This document shows, piece by piece, positions 39,465-48,839 of a DNA stretch of 64,000 nucleotides (position 1 is its first letter; each line of letters begins with the position of its first letter). The notes under the pieces were generated by a model. The model did not search any database. It was given only the letters and a program-made list of their open reading frames with translations, and was not told the origin of the DNA. Position numbers and translations under genes: made by a program. The stretch is from the NCBI GenBank assembly GCA_016840095.1, contig JAEOSZ010000011.1, positions 1 through 64,000 on the forward strand, written 5' to 3'. Origin of the DNA: Candidatus Heimdallarchaeota archaeon (GTDB taxonomy: Archaea; Asgardarchaeota; Heimdallarchaeia; Heimdallarchaeales; Heimdallarchaeaceae).

Positions 39465-40196
39465 ATGATTAATGAGGTATATGTGATTCAGGAAAGTGGT
39501 ATTCCACTTTACTATTATAATTATGAACAAATCATCTCAAAGATACAAGTTAGAGATGATTTTTATACTCTTCAAGCAGGTTTCTTTGCTGCGCTTGTTC
39601 AATTTGGATCTGAACTAGCTCAAGATGAGTTAAAGTATATTATCTTCAACAATAGAACATATGGTATTAAAAGAAGTAACGATCTATTTGTAGTTTTTAG
39701 TGATAATATCCAACTGTCTGTGGAACAGCTAAAAGAATTGGATAAGAAACTTGAAATTGCTTCCTCTTATATAAATAAGAAATTAGGCGACACAAATCTA
39801 GATATCACTTATGCAATAAATGAGCATCAAATGGAACAGCTTATTGGTAATTTTAGTGAATTTCTTTATCAGGAAAAAATTATTGAAAAAGAAGAAATTT
39901 TGGATAAAAATGTCCTAAAGAATCAGGTTCAAAAATTCGTTTTCAAAGCAATCGGCTATGAACCTGGAAAATGTAACATAGGACACAGAGAAAGAATGAT
40001 TAGGCTAACCATGGGAATGATATCAATGATTATTGGTTTAGTTTATTTTGCTCTAGTAGCAGTGTACCCTATACTTCCTATCTGGACAGTTTTCTTTACT
40101 TTTATTCCATTCTTAATAGGTTTTGTTGGAATCTATCAATCTTTCTTTAGATTCTGTGTTTCAAATGCATTTAGAAAAGTATACAATATGAATTAG
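39465..40196 (+). CDS. Longin-like domain fused to a C-terminal two-TM hairpin (DUF2892/YgaP-like)
   Basis: VYVIQESGIPLY..LQAGFFAALVQFG..LKYIIF; CNIG..ER..R, two TM helices, RFC. Likely start at ATG 39465 after AGGTG. Confidence 0.7.
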   Translation: MINEVYVIQESGIPLYYYNYEQIISKIQVRDDFYTLQAGFFAALVQFGSELAQDELKYIIFNNRTYGIKRSNDLFVVFSDNIQLSVEQLKELDKKLEIASSYINKKLGDTNLDITYAINEHQMEQLIGNFSEFLYQEKIIEKEEILDKNVLKNQVQKFVFKAIGYEPGKCNIGHRERMIRLTMGMISMIIGLVYFALVAVYPILPIWTVFFTFIPFLIGFVGIYQSFFRFCVSNAFRKVYNMN

Positions 40197-40207
40197 GTGG
40201 TAAAAAA

Positions 40208-40366
40208 ATGTCCAAAGTAGAATTAAAACTGAATTATGAAGGCGCGATTTCAAGCCCTGAAAACGTTAAGAAGGATTTTAAGAAAGCAATTAGAATAGTA
40301 GCACTCTCGTTTATATCAGCAGCAGTATTGAGTTCTATATTGTACTTATTACTTTTCTTTTCTTAA
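40208..40366 (+). CDS. Small (52 aa) tail-anchored membrane protein, missed by the ORF track
   Basis: AGGTGG RBS, then ATG; MSKVELKLNYEGAISSPENVKKDFKKAIRIVALSFISAAVLSSILYLLLFFS. Confidence 0.65.
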   Translation: MSKVELKLNYEGAISSPENVKKDFKKAIRIVALSFISAAVLSSILYLLLFFS

Positions 40367-40419
40367 TCTTTCATTCATAAATGTTATATAAGCTGAAATA
40401 AGTTTTTTAGAAGATAAGA

Positions 40420-41256
40420 ATGTTTGAGATTTTCGAAACTTTTCTCTTTGATGGAGATGGAGTTCTTTACAAAGAAGATTCACCTCTTCCAGGAGCTATT
40501 GAATTTTTACAATTACTTGCAAAAAGAGGCAAACAGATATTTATTTTAACAAATAATAGTACAAAAACTAGAGAAGAATTTCAAGAAAAACTGAAGAATT
40601 TAGGGATAACTTTACCTATTGATCATATCCTAACTTCAGCATATCTAACAGCTAAATATATTGAGAAAGAAAGTCCCAACTCCTCTGTATATGTCATTGG
40701 AGAGCAAGGTTTGAAACAAGAGTTAACTTCTGTGGGATTGAACATAGTAAATAATTGGGAAGAAGAGAATGATGAGGATATCTTCAATCTAGGTTTCGAT
40801 GAGATAGAATATGTTGTTACTGGAATGGATAGAAGTTTCAATTATACAAAGATTGCTCGAGCTACACATATTCTAGTAAATTATGAGAAAGTTAAGTTTA
40901 TTGCAACAAATGGTGATTTTACTTTTCCAACAGTTCAAGGTTTAATTCCAGGTGGTGGCGCAATGATTGCGATTCTAGAAGCATTATCTGATAGAAAAGT
41001 TGCAGGAATAATTGGAAAACCAGCACCATTGATGTATGAAAAAGCTGTTGAGATTGCCAAATCAAAAAAGGAAGTTTCTATAATGTTTGGAGATAGAATT
41101 GAAACAGATATTTATGGAGCTAATGATGCTGGAATTACTTCTTGTTTAGTATTATCTGGTGTAACAACCATGAATGATCTTGGGAAGCTTGTAAATGAAG
41201 AAGGTCCAGATATAATTATTAACAATCTTGCAGATGCTATTGAGGATTTTAACTAG
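40420..41256 (+). CDS. HAD-IIA (NagD-like) phosphatase
   Basis: FDGDGVL, LTNNS, IGKP, GDRIETDI, VLSGVT. Confidence 0.93.
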   Translation: MFEIFETFLFDGDGVLYKEDSPLPGAIEFLQLLAKRGKQIFILTNNSTKTREEFQEKLKNLGITLPIDHILTSAYLTAKYIEKESPNSSVYVIGEQGLKQELTSVGLNIVNNWEEENDEDIFNLGFDEIEYVVTGMDRSFNYTKIARATHILVNYEKVKFIATNGDFTFPTVQGLIPGGGAMIAILEALSDRKVAGIIGKPAPLMYEKAVEIAKSKKEVSIMFGDRIETDIYGANDAGITSCLVLSGVTTMNDLGKLVNEEGPDIIINNLADAIEDFN

Positions 41257-41293
41257 CTCTTCACCTTAAATTTTTATAGTTGGAAACTATCAC

Positions 41294-44104
41294 ATGTTTG
41301 TGAAACAAATTTCCTCTCTGGTTAATAAAAGCAAAGCATTTCTTCTTATCACTCTATGTTTGTTTTCATGCACATCATTTAGTAATGCTGTTGATGAATC
41401 AGCATCAGTACCCTCTTGTGCCCCAGTTGAATTAGACAGTGTTGTTAGAGAAAAACTATTTTTAGATAAAATTCTGATATCAAAAGATAATGACTTCTTT
41501 AGAGTTTTAATTAAACCAAATAAAGAAGATGACATCAAGTCTCTTAAAATCTTAGGGAAGGATCTGAAGTTTTTTGACATATTTGATGGTATTGCAATAA
41601 CAATTTCAAAAGCTGATTTACTGAATCAAATAGATAGAGGAAAAATTATATCAGTTTGGGAAAATTCTGTTATTACAGCTGCAGGTTCAGATACTCAACT
41701 AACTTCTTTAAGCTATACCAGAGATGTGGATGATTACAATAGCAAAGTAAAATCTCAAGCTCTCTGGGATTTAGGTTTTTATGGAAATGATACCATTGTA
41801 GCTATCCTTGATACAGGGATAAAATCTACTCATCCTGCATTGAATGTTAATATGGACAATGAGAATAGGATAATAGATGGCTGGAATTTTATAGAAAACA
41901 ATGCTAATTATGAGGATGATAATGGACATGGAACAAAAGTTGCAGGAATAATTGGTGGAAATGGTCTAGCCGGATATGATAGAGGTGTTGCTCCAAATTG
42001 TGATTTTCTAATTGGTAAGATTCTATCCTATGATGCCACAGGAACAGTTGAAGATTTAATTGAAGGATTAGATTGGGCAATTGCTAATGGAGCAGATGTG
42101 ATAAATCTCTCTTTAGGTAAAGATGTAACCGAAAAAGATTCACCTGAAGTTGAAGCAGTGAATAACGCAGTTGAAAGTGGAATTGTAGTTTGTGTTGCTT
42201 CAGGAAATTCCCGTGGAGATCCTTCATTAGGATATAATGACAAATATACAGTTTTAAGTCCTGGAATTTCCATGAAAGCAATTACAGTAGGAGCTGTAGA
42301 TAATAATAGTGTTCTATATGAAAAAAGCAGTGCTGGACCAATAGTACCTCATTATAATCAGAGTTCTGAGAATCTTCTCTTAGATTCTCCAGATTTTGAT
42401 GAAACTTGGATGAAACCAGATGTTGTTGCTCCAGGTGTTTTATTAAATACAACCTCAACACATCTACAAGGAACAACATTGGCTTCTGGAACAAGTTATT
42501 CTACTGCTGTTGTTTCTGGAGTTTGTTCTTTATTAAAACAAGTTTACCCTGACCAAAAACCATCTGTGTTGAAAGCTTCATTGTTAGAAACTTCAGAATC
42601 ATTGGTAATAGATTACATCTCCCCTTATGCTGAACACATAAATTTCTTAATCCCTGAGACACATCAAGGTGCAGGATTAGTAGATGTTAATGAATCTAGA
42701 GTATATTTGCAAAATCCAAACAGTATAACAGTTTGGCCATCAAATGCTCCATATTTAAGAAATATCTTCTTGAAAAATGAAAGACATTCATTTTACATAC
42801 ACCTTTTTATCAACAAGGAAATCAACAGATTGAGCTTAATTCTTCCAGCCCCCTTAAGTGATTTCTTTAGTTTATCAATTCCTTCATTTTACGATATTGG
42901 TCAATATGATTTGCTTGTTAATTTTACAACTGAGAATCTTTATACAGGACACATAGTAAATAGCATTGATTTCAATGTTAGTTCTGAGATTTTTTCATTA
43001 AATATCGATTTCCAAGTAAGATATGGAAAAGGTAGAATCTTGTTTGATGTTAGTGAGAATGGTAACCAACAATTTTATTCAATGTTTGGAAATCTTCATT
43101 ATCTTTATGACTTTGCAAGAAGCTATGGTTTAACCCCTCAAGTGCTTAATATTGATGGAGATGCTGAACAACTAAGCCAAATGAATCTTAACGATTTTGA
43201 AGTAATTGCTTTGATTAATCCATCATTTAATAGTCTTACATCACTAGATGAAGCAATTATATCTGATTATATTTACCCTGGAGGAGAGTATCAAGGTGGA
43301 ACATTGATTATTCTTCCTTCAGATCTAAGTAATGTGACTAAACTCAATAGTATTCTGGGGATAACAGATATAGTGTATACACCTACAGGATTAATCAATG
43401 AAACTATAGACTTAACACTAGAAGCTCATCGAATTGCTTCATATCCAAGTGAAATTCAGCAATTATTCATCCCCTCTCCTTTTGAAGTGATAAGGTATAA
43501 TGATTCTCTAAATTCAATTGCTGATCGATTTGCTTATTATGATAATAGAGAAAATAATGGTTCACTCATTATCGCAGCAAATGATTTGGATATGTTTCTA
43601 AATTCACCTTATCTTTACAATGAGTTTAAAATTAATTATGACATTTCAAATTTAGTCTTAAATTTCGGTGATAATTTAGAATTACTAGAAAATATAATCA
43701 GTAATTCTGTTGAAACTTTAGTTGACATTAACTATACTATTTCTGAGTTAGAGGTTGTACAAGGAAAGGAAACCTTGGAGATTAGAACAAATGCCGTTAA
43801 TACTTACAAACCTCTAACTAATTGGGATTTCTATTTGACTATAGAGAAAAATGGCATTATTCTTGCTCGAAGTTATGATGTAATAGATTATGAGAATGGA
43901 ACTCATTTGCTTGTTTTCAATCCAGCTAATTTTTCTATCTCTCCTCAAAAATATACTCTTGCAGTTCGTTCATCAGCAGGGACATATTATTGGACAATCC
44001 GAATTATAGCCAATGTTTCTTGGGGACCAATTGTTGTTGAAATCTCATTGGCATTATGTATTGTATATTTGCTTATAGTTAGAAAAAAAAGACCTAAGTC
44101 GTAA
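41294..44104 (+). CDS. Membrane-anchored S8 subtilisin-family serine protease
   Basis: Signal peptide and propeptide, LDTG, HGT, ASGN, GTSYS; C-terminal domains, then TM and RKKR. Confidence 0.92.
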   Translation: MFVKQISSLVNKSKAFLLITLCLFSCTSFSNAVDESASVPSCAPVELDSVVREKLFLDKILISKDNDFFRVLIKPNKEDDIKSLKILGKDLKFFDIFDGIAITISKADLLNQIDRGKIISVWENSVITAAGSDTQLTSLSYTRDVDDYNSKVKSQALWDLGFYGNDTIVAILDTGIKSTHPALNVNMDNENRIIDGWNFIENNANYEDDNGHGTKVAGIIGGNGLAGYDRGVAPNCDFLIGKILSYDATGTVEDLIEGLDWAIANGADVINLSLGKDVTEKDSPEVEAVNNAVESGIVVCVASGNSRGDPSLGYNDKYTVLSPGISMKAITVGAVDNNSVLYEKSSAGPIVPHYNQSSENLLLDSPDFDETWMKPDVVAPGVLLNTTSTHLQGTTLASGTSYSTAVVSGVCSLLKQVYPDQKPSVLKASLLETSESLVIDYISPYAEHINFLIPETHQGAGLVDVNESRVYLQNPNSITVWPSNAPYLRNIFLKNERHSFYIHLFINKEINRLSLILPAPLSDFFSLSIPSFYDIGQYDLLVNFTTENLYTGHIVNSIDFNVSSEIFSLNIDFQVRYGKGRILFDVSENGNQQFYSMFGNLHYLYDFARSYGLTPQVLNIDGDAEQLSQMNLNDFEVIALINPSFNSLTSLDEAIISDYIYPGGEYQGGTLIILPSDLSNVTKLNSILGITDIVYTPTGLINETIDLTLEAHRIASYPSEIQQLFIPSPFEVIRYNDSLNSIADRFAYYDNRENNGSLIIAANDLDMFLNSPYLYNEFKINYDISNLVLNFGDNLELLENIISNSVETLVDINYTISELEVVQGKETLEIRTNAVNTYKPLTNWDFYLTIEKNGIILARSYDVIDYENGTHLLVFNPANFSISPQKYTLAVRSSAGTYYWTIRIIANVSWGPIVVEISLALCIVYLLIVRKKRPKS

Positions 44105-44477
44105 GGATTTGATAAACCTTCTTTCCATATTTACCCAATATGTTCATTGCAAGTGCTAATGTATAGATGTCTTTAGATGCAGCGAGAACTATATATTGAT
44201 CAAGATTTAGTAGTATAACAAAACCTTCTGATCCTTTTATTATTACTTGATCAAGGTTACCACACTTAATTTGGTTTACTGTTTGCTGTCCTGCTGAATT
44301 AAGAGCTGATGCTAATGCTGACATTACTACCTGATCTGTACTTCGTTCTGCAAAGAAAGCTAATTCTTGCCCTTCAGAACTCACTACAGCAATAGCACTG
44401 AGGCTACATTCTCTTGAGATATCTCGCAAAATTACTAATAATTCATTTTTCTTTTCAGGTGAGAGAGTTTCGAACAT
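44094..44477 (-). CDS. Roadblock/LC7 domain protein
   Basis: AIAVVSSEGQELA..MSALASAL..LDQVIIKGSEGFVIL; likely start MFETL at 44477. Confidence 0.88.
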   Translation of the reverse strand: MFETLSPEKKNELLVILRDISRECSLSAIAVVSSEGQELAFFAERSTDQVVMSALASALNSAGQQTVNQIKCGNLDQVIIKGSEGFVILLNLDQYIVLAASKDIYTLALAMNILGKYGKKVYQILTT

Positions 44478-44528
44478 TAATCTATAATGAGTGTGCAAAA
44501 TTATAAACTTTCGTAAATGAATCAGATT

Positions 44529-45155
44529 CTAAATGAGTCTGTCTCTATGTGTTCTACAAACAGGAGTATAGATTTCAAAACTTGATGACTTGGATTTATA
44601 ATTCCAAGAATTTAACGCAAAAGCCTCCTTTCCACAGATAAAGCAAGCTTTTTCATCTACTAAAGGCAATTTCTTTCTTGGCATTCTGTTCCAGTGATTT
44701 TTGAACTCTTCAAAACTCTCTAGATATTTTTGATGCATTTCTTTAGCCCCTCTGTCTTCGCTTGTAGTATGTCCTGTAATGAAGATAATATAACTCCAGA
44801 GCACTATATCAAGGATATTTCCAAATGATTTTATTGGAATATAGTGATAACCTTTGATAACAATTTGATGAAAGCTTGGTTTAACAACGTAATCTATCAC
44901 TAAATCTCTTCTTTGGGCAGATTGTCCTAATTCCAGCTTGTATTTCTTTGAAATATTTACGATTCTTTGACTCAGCTCTTCAAACAACCAATCTATTGTT
45001 TTCTGACTTCCTCGTTTTCTACTATTTAGAAATTTAATTTCTAGAATAGGAAATGAGATAGTAATGAAAGCCTCCCCTACAGCAGAATTAGCTTTACGGA
45101 CTAGATACTCATATAATCCAGAAGGATAGGTGATTTTACTTTTATCAAAGCTCAA
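44529..45155 (-). CDS. Hypothetical protein with C-terminal CxxC...CxxH Zn finger
   Basis: CFICGK...PVCRTH. Confidence 0.7.
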   Translation of the reverse strand: MSFDKSKITYPSGLYEYLVRKANSAVGEAFITISFPILEIKFLNSRKRGSQKTIDWLFEELSQRIVNISKKYKLELGQSAQRRDLVIDYVVKPSFHQIVIKGYHYIPIKSFGNILDIVLWSYIIFITGHTTSEDRGAKEMHQKYLESFEEFKNHWNRMPRKKLPLVDEKACFICGKEAFALNSWNYKSKSSSFEIYTPVCRTHRDRLI

Positions 45156-45224
45156 ATCTTTTCACTTGTAGGTCTTTCTTAAATTACATTATGAAAAAAA
45201 CTAGCCTAAAAACTTAATGTAAGA

Positions 45225-45554
45225 TTATTTGCCTTTTGCAGTACTTTCAACTAAAGCTTTTAGCTTATCTCGCTTTGCTCCTATAAGAGAGTTGAATGGT
45301 TTTCCATCTTTAAAGACAACAAATGTAGGAAGACTCGAAATCATGTATTTTTGAGCAAAAATTGATTCTTCGTCCATGTTCATACGAAGGAATCTTACTG
45401 TATTTGCATGTTTTTCAGATAACTGTTCAAAGAATGGTTCAATACTTCTACAAGGTCCACACCATGGTGCCCAGGTATCTACAATAATTGGTTTAGTTTC
45501 TGTTTTTAGAATATTTTCAAATTCTTCATTTGTCACATTTGGTACTTTACCCAT
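45225..45554 (-). CDS. trxA: Thioredoxin
   Basis: WAPWCGPC active site and cis-Pro SLPT. Confidence 0.95.
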   Translation of the reverse strand: MGKVPNVTNEEFENILKTETKPIIVDTWAPWCGPCRSIEPFFEQLSEKHANTVRFLRMNMDEESIFAQKYMISSLPTFVVFKDGKPFNSLIGAKRDKLKALVESTAKGK

Positions 45555-45748
45555 TTAGTTCCCCTTTCAGCTTTCTCAAGAGTTTAGATAGTGTTTTTTG
45601 CACTACTATATATCTATTCACATTTTGAGTAATTTTTTCAAATAAAAGTTTATGTAAAACAACCGACAGAAGGAAAGTTTAAGTATTTTTCAAAATAGTT
45701 TGTAGAAGTAGAATAGAGAAGTTTGTTATAACCTAGGAGCAAAAATCC

Positions 45749-47773
45749 ATGAATTCTCGCATTTATGATTCAATAAAAGAACAACTACAAGAGATTCTTC
45801 TAAAGAAATACAAAGTTACAACAGAATTAGTATGGTCTAAGCCCCATACTTCTGATTTGGGGGATATAAGTTTTCCATTATTTAATGTAGCAAAAGAAAC
45901 TTCTAAATCTCCTCAAGATGTTGGTCAAGAATTGATTAGTAATCTTTCAAAAACAGAAATCATAGAAAAAGTTGAGCTAAAAGGTGGTTTTCTTAATATT
46001 TTTCTCAATCAAAATGAGTTTACAAAATTAACTCTGTTAAACATTGTTTCTACAGATGTTTATGGAAAAAGTAATTCTAGAAAGGATGAAAGAGTTATCG
46101 TAGAGCATACTTCAGCAAACCCCATTAGTCCATTACACATAGGAAATATTCGAAATTCTATTCTAGGGGATGTTATTGGACGTATGTATAGATTCCTAGG
46201 CGCGGCTGTAAATTTTAGATATTACGTTAATGATTTAGGACGTCAAATTGCTCCAGTAATAATTGGTTATTTCTTATTAAAAGAGAAAAAAATCAAACCT
46301 GACACTAAGATCGATATCTGGATTGGAAAGATATATGCTTTAATGAATACTTTTTATGAAATTTATTTGGCAAAAAAGGAAATTGAAAAATTATCTATTA
46401 AACCAATTTCTGAGAAGTCTTCTTATGTAATAGATGAAGCTGAATTAGAATATTATGAATCAGAACTAGAAAAATTGGATACTGCTAAACAACAGAAAGA
46501 GAGAATAGTTAAGCAATTACGCAAACTCAATCGTGTTCAAAATTCACTAAAAGTGAAATTGCCACAGTTATATCTTCATCTGAAAAATCTTCTTGATCTG
46601 AAGATTGAAGATTTAGAGGAATTGGTAAACTCACATCTTGCAGCTTACTTTGATGGAAGAGATGAAGTAATAAAGAAGAAATTTAGAGAAGTGACAGAAA
46701 GTACTATGTCTGGACATACTGAAACACTGAATCTCTACAATATTCATCATGAGGTCTTTGACTGGGAATCGGAAGTTGCATGGTCTGGTGAAGTCGATAA
46801 GATACTTTCTCAATTAGATGTAAACGGATTTCTTAGACACGATGGACAGGCTCTTTTACTCAGAAATGATATAATTGCATCACAATTAGGTTTCAAAGAA
46901 AAATATAATATCAAGCATGAAATTCCTGATTTAATCTTAGTTAATTCTGAAGGAGTTGCCCTATATCCTTGTAGAGATATTGCATATCATCTCAATAAAT
47001 TGGAGAAATTTAATGCAAACTATTGTATCAATGTAATTGGTAAAGACCAACAACTTGCACAATTATCAGTAAGAACAGCTTTGTATGGTTTGGGAGAAAA
47101 AGAAAAAGCTGATAGTATCTTGCATTATGATTATGAGATTGTTACTTTAGAAGGAGAAAAAATGGCAGGTAGAGAATTTGAATATGTTACATGTGATGAG
47201 TTACTTGAATTTGCAAAAAATGAAATAGATAATATTCTTGAAAATCGTGATTATACGCCAGAAATTAAGAAAGTAATTTCAAGTAAGGTATCTACAAGTA
47301 GTATTCGTTATTCAATACTTAAAATTGATCCACAGAAAGCTGTTGATATCATTGTAAAAAAGGCAGTAGATCCAAATGAAAATTCAGGTCCTTTTCTGCA
47401 GTACTCCTATGCTAGAGCATTAAACATTCTAGAAAAAGCTCCTGAGAAAGATATTGATGTAAATGAGATAATTAAGTCTGCAAAAGACATCAATTACTCA
47501 ATAAAAAACGAAGCTGAATGGAGAATTGTTAATCTAATGGAAGAACTCCCATTTGTCATTTCAAGGGCTTTAGAACAACTCAAACCTGACACTGTTGCGA
47601 ATTATGCATTTTCATTAGCTTCAGCTTTCCACAAATTCTATGATGCATGTCCAGTTTTACAAGCTGAAGATAAAAACAGTCTTGATACAAGAGTTACAAT
47701 AGTTCATTCTTTTGCAAAAAGTCTGGAGAGTCTGTTTGAAGTAATGGGTATAGATACTTTGGAAAAAATGTAG
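45749..47773 (+). CDS. argS: Arginine--tRNA ligase
   Basis: EHTSANP..LHIGNIRN, YVNDLGRQ, RDIAYH, KMAGR, GPFLQYSYARA, FHKFYDACPVL. Confidence 0.97.
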   Translation: MNSRIYDSIKEQLQEILLKKYKVTTELVWSKPHTSDLGDISFPLFNVAKETSKSPQDVGQELISNLSKTEIIEKVELKGGFLNIFLNQNEFTKLTLLNIVSTDVYGKSNSRKDERVIVEHTSANPISPLHIGNIRNSILGDVIGRMYRFLGAAVNFRYYVNDLGRQIAPVIIGYFLLKEKKIKPDTKIDIWIGKIYALMNTFYEIYLAKKEIEKLSIKPISEKSSYVIDEAELEYYESELEKLDTAKQQKERIVKQLRKLNRVQNSLKVKLPQLYLHLKNLLDLKIEDLEELVNSHLAAYFDGRDEVIKKKFREVTESTMSGHTETLNLYNIHHEVFDWESEVAWSGEVDKILSQLDVNGFLRHDGQALLLRNDIIASQLGFKEKYNIKHEIPDLILVNSEGVALYPCRDIAYHLNKLEKFNANYCINVIGKDQQLAQLSVRTALYGLGEKEKADSILHYDYEIVTLEGEKMAGREFEYVTCDELLEFAKNEIDNILENRDYTPEIKKVISSKVSTSSIRYSILKIDPQKAVDIIVKKAVDPNENSGPFLQYSYARALNILEKAPEKDIDVNEIIKSAKDINYSIKNEAEWRIVNLMEELPFVISRALEQLKPDTVANYAFSLASAFHKFYDACPVLQAEDKNSLDTRVTIVHSFAKSLESLFEVMGIDTLEKM

Positions 47774-47784
47774 GTGAGGTTATC

Positions 47785-48795
47785 GTGTTAAAGGATACAA
47801 TGATCTATGGAGGTTTTGATCCAGCTTTTATTGATATTGATATTCAACCTATCAACCAGAAAAAAACAGGATTTATCAAAGAACTTCCTAAAACAGGATC
47901 TCATCATATTAATACAAAAATAGATTTTCAACCCGGTGGAAATGGTTTCAACCTTTGTAGAACTTTAGCAACACTAGGTAGAAATATAACTTATGTAGGA
48001 CCTTCTTCTACCTTCTTTGAAAAATTAGTGAAAGACAAAGGCATCCCGGTGAAAATCACAACAATTGAGAATGTTAATGTAAATTATACTACAATACTAA
48101 ATATGTTGGATGGAGAAATTCAATTCAATTCAGTTCAAGGAAATCTTTCAATAGGAAACTTAACTCCAAAAATTATCAACTATTATCGCGAGAGTCCTTT
48201 AAAACCAATTAGTAATGTAGCTCTTAATGCGTCTTCAGTTGAATGGATAAGTTCTCTTCTTCTAAGTCTAGTAGATGAAAACATACTTGATAGGATTGAA
48301 AATGAAATTGAATCACTTGATCTTTTGACCTCATGTTCTGGAGTTTCTTTTGATGGAATTATTTTCATAGATCCTTCTGATATTTCTAAATATGATAGAA
48401 TAATTGAATTCAGCACAATATTAAAACAGTTAAGTAAATTTGAAGGAGAAAAATATCTCTCAGTCAATGAACATGAATTAGCTACACTAACAGATAAATT
48501 TTCAAAGTCACCTGCAGAATTATCAGAACATCTAAAATTACCTATCATTTTTCACTCAGCTGAACAAGTCATTTTCTATGGAAAAGAAAAAATCATGTTA
48601 AAAGCAAAGGAATTAGAACGAAAAGTGAAATTTGTAGGAGCAGGTGATTGTTTTAATGGTGCTTTTCTAGATTCAATTTTCGATTCTTGTTCCATTGAAG
48701 ATTCCTTATCATATGCTATAGATGCTGCATCACATCTGATTGAGACTGGAATATACCCAGACTCATTACATATCTCAAAAAGAATAAATAGCTAA
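47785..48795 (+). CDS. PfkB/ribokinase-family carbohydrate kinase
   Basis: PGGNGFN, NEHE, VGAGDCFNGAF. Confidence 0.85.
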   Translation: MLKDTMIYGGFDPAFIDIDIQPINQKKTGFIKELPKTGSHHINTKIDFQPGGNGFNLCRTLATLGRNITYVGPSSTFFEKLVKDKGIPVKITTIENVNVNYTTILNMLDGEIQFNSVQGNLSIGNLTPKIINYYRESPLKPISNVALNASSVEWISSLLLSLVDENILDRIENEIESLDLLTSCSGVSFDGIIFIDPSDISKYDRIIEFSTILKQLSKFEGEKYLSVNEHELATLTDKFSKSPAELSEHLKLPIIFHSAEQVIFYGKEKIMLKAKELERKVKFVGAGDCFNGAFLDSIFDSCSIEDSLSYAIDAASHLIETGIYPDSLHISKRINS

Positions 48796-48839
48796 ACATT
48801 AGATATAACTTAAGCCTTTATACGGATGTTTATAGTACA

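Noticed and set aside
39465-40196. Calling the longin-TM protein a true SNARE
   Set aside because: There is no clear 60-70 aa heptad SNARE motif, and it has two TM helices of DUF2892 type.
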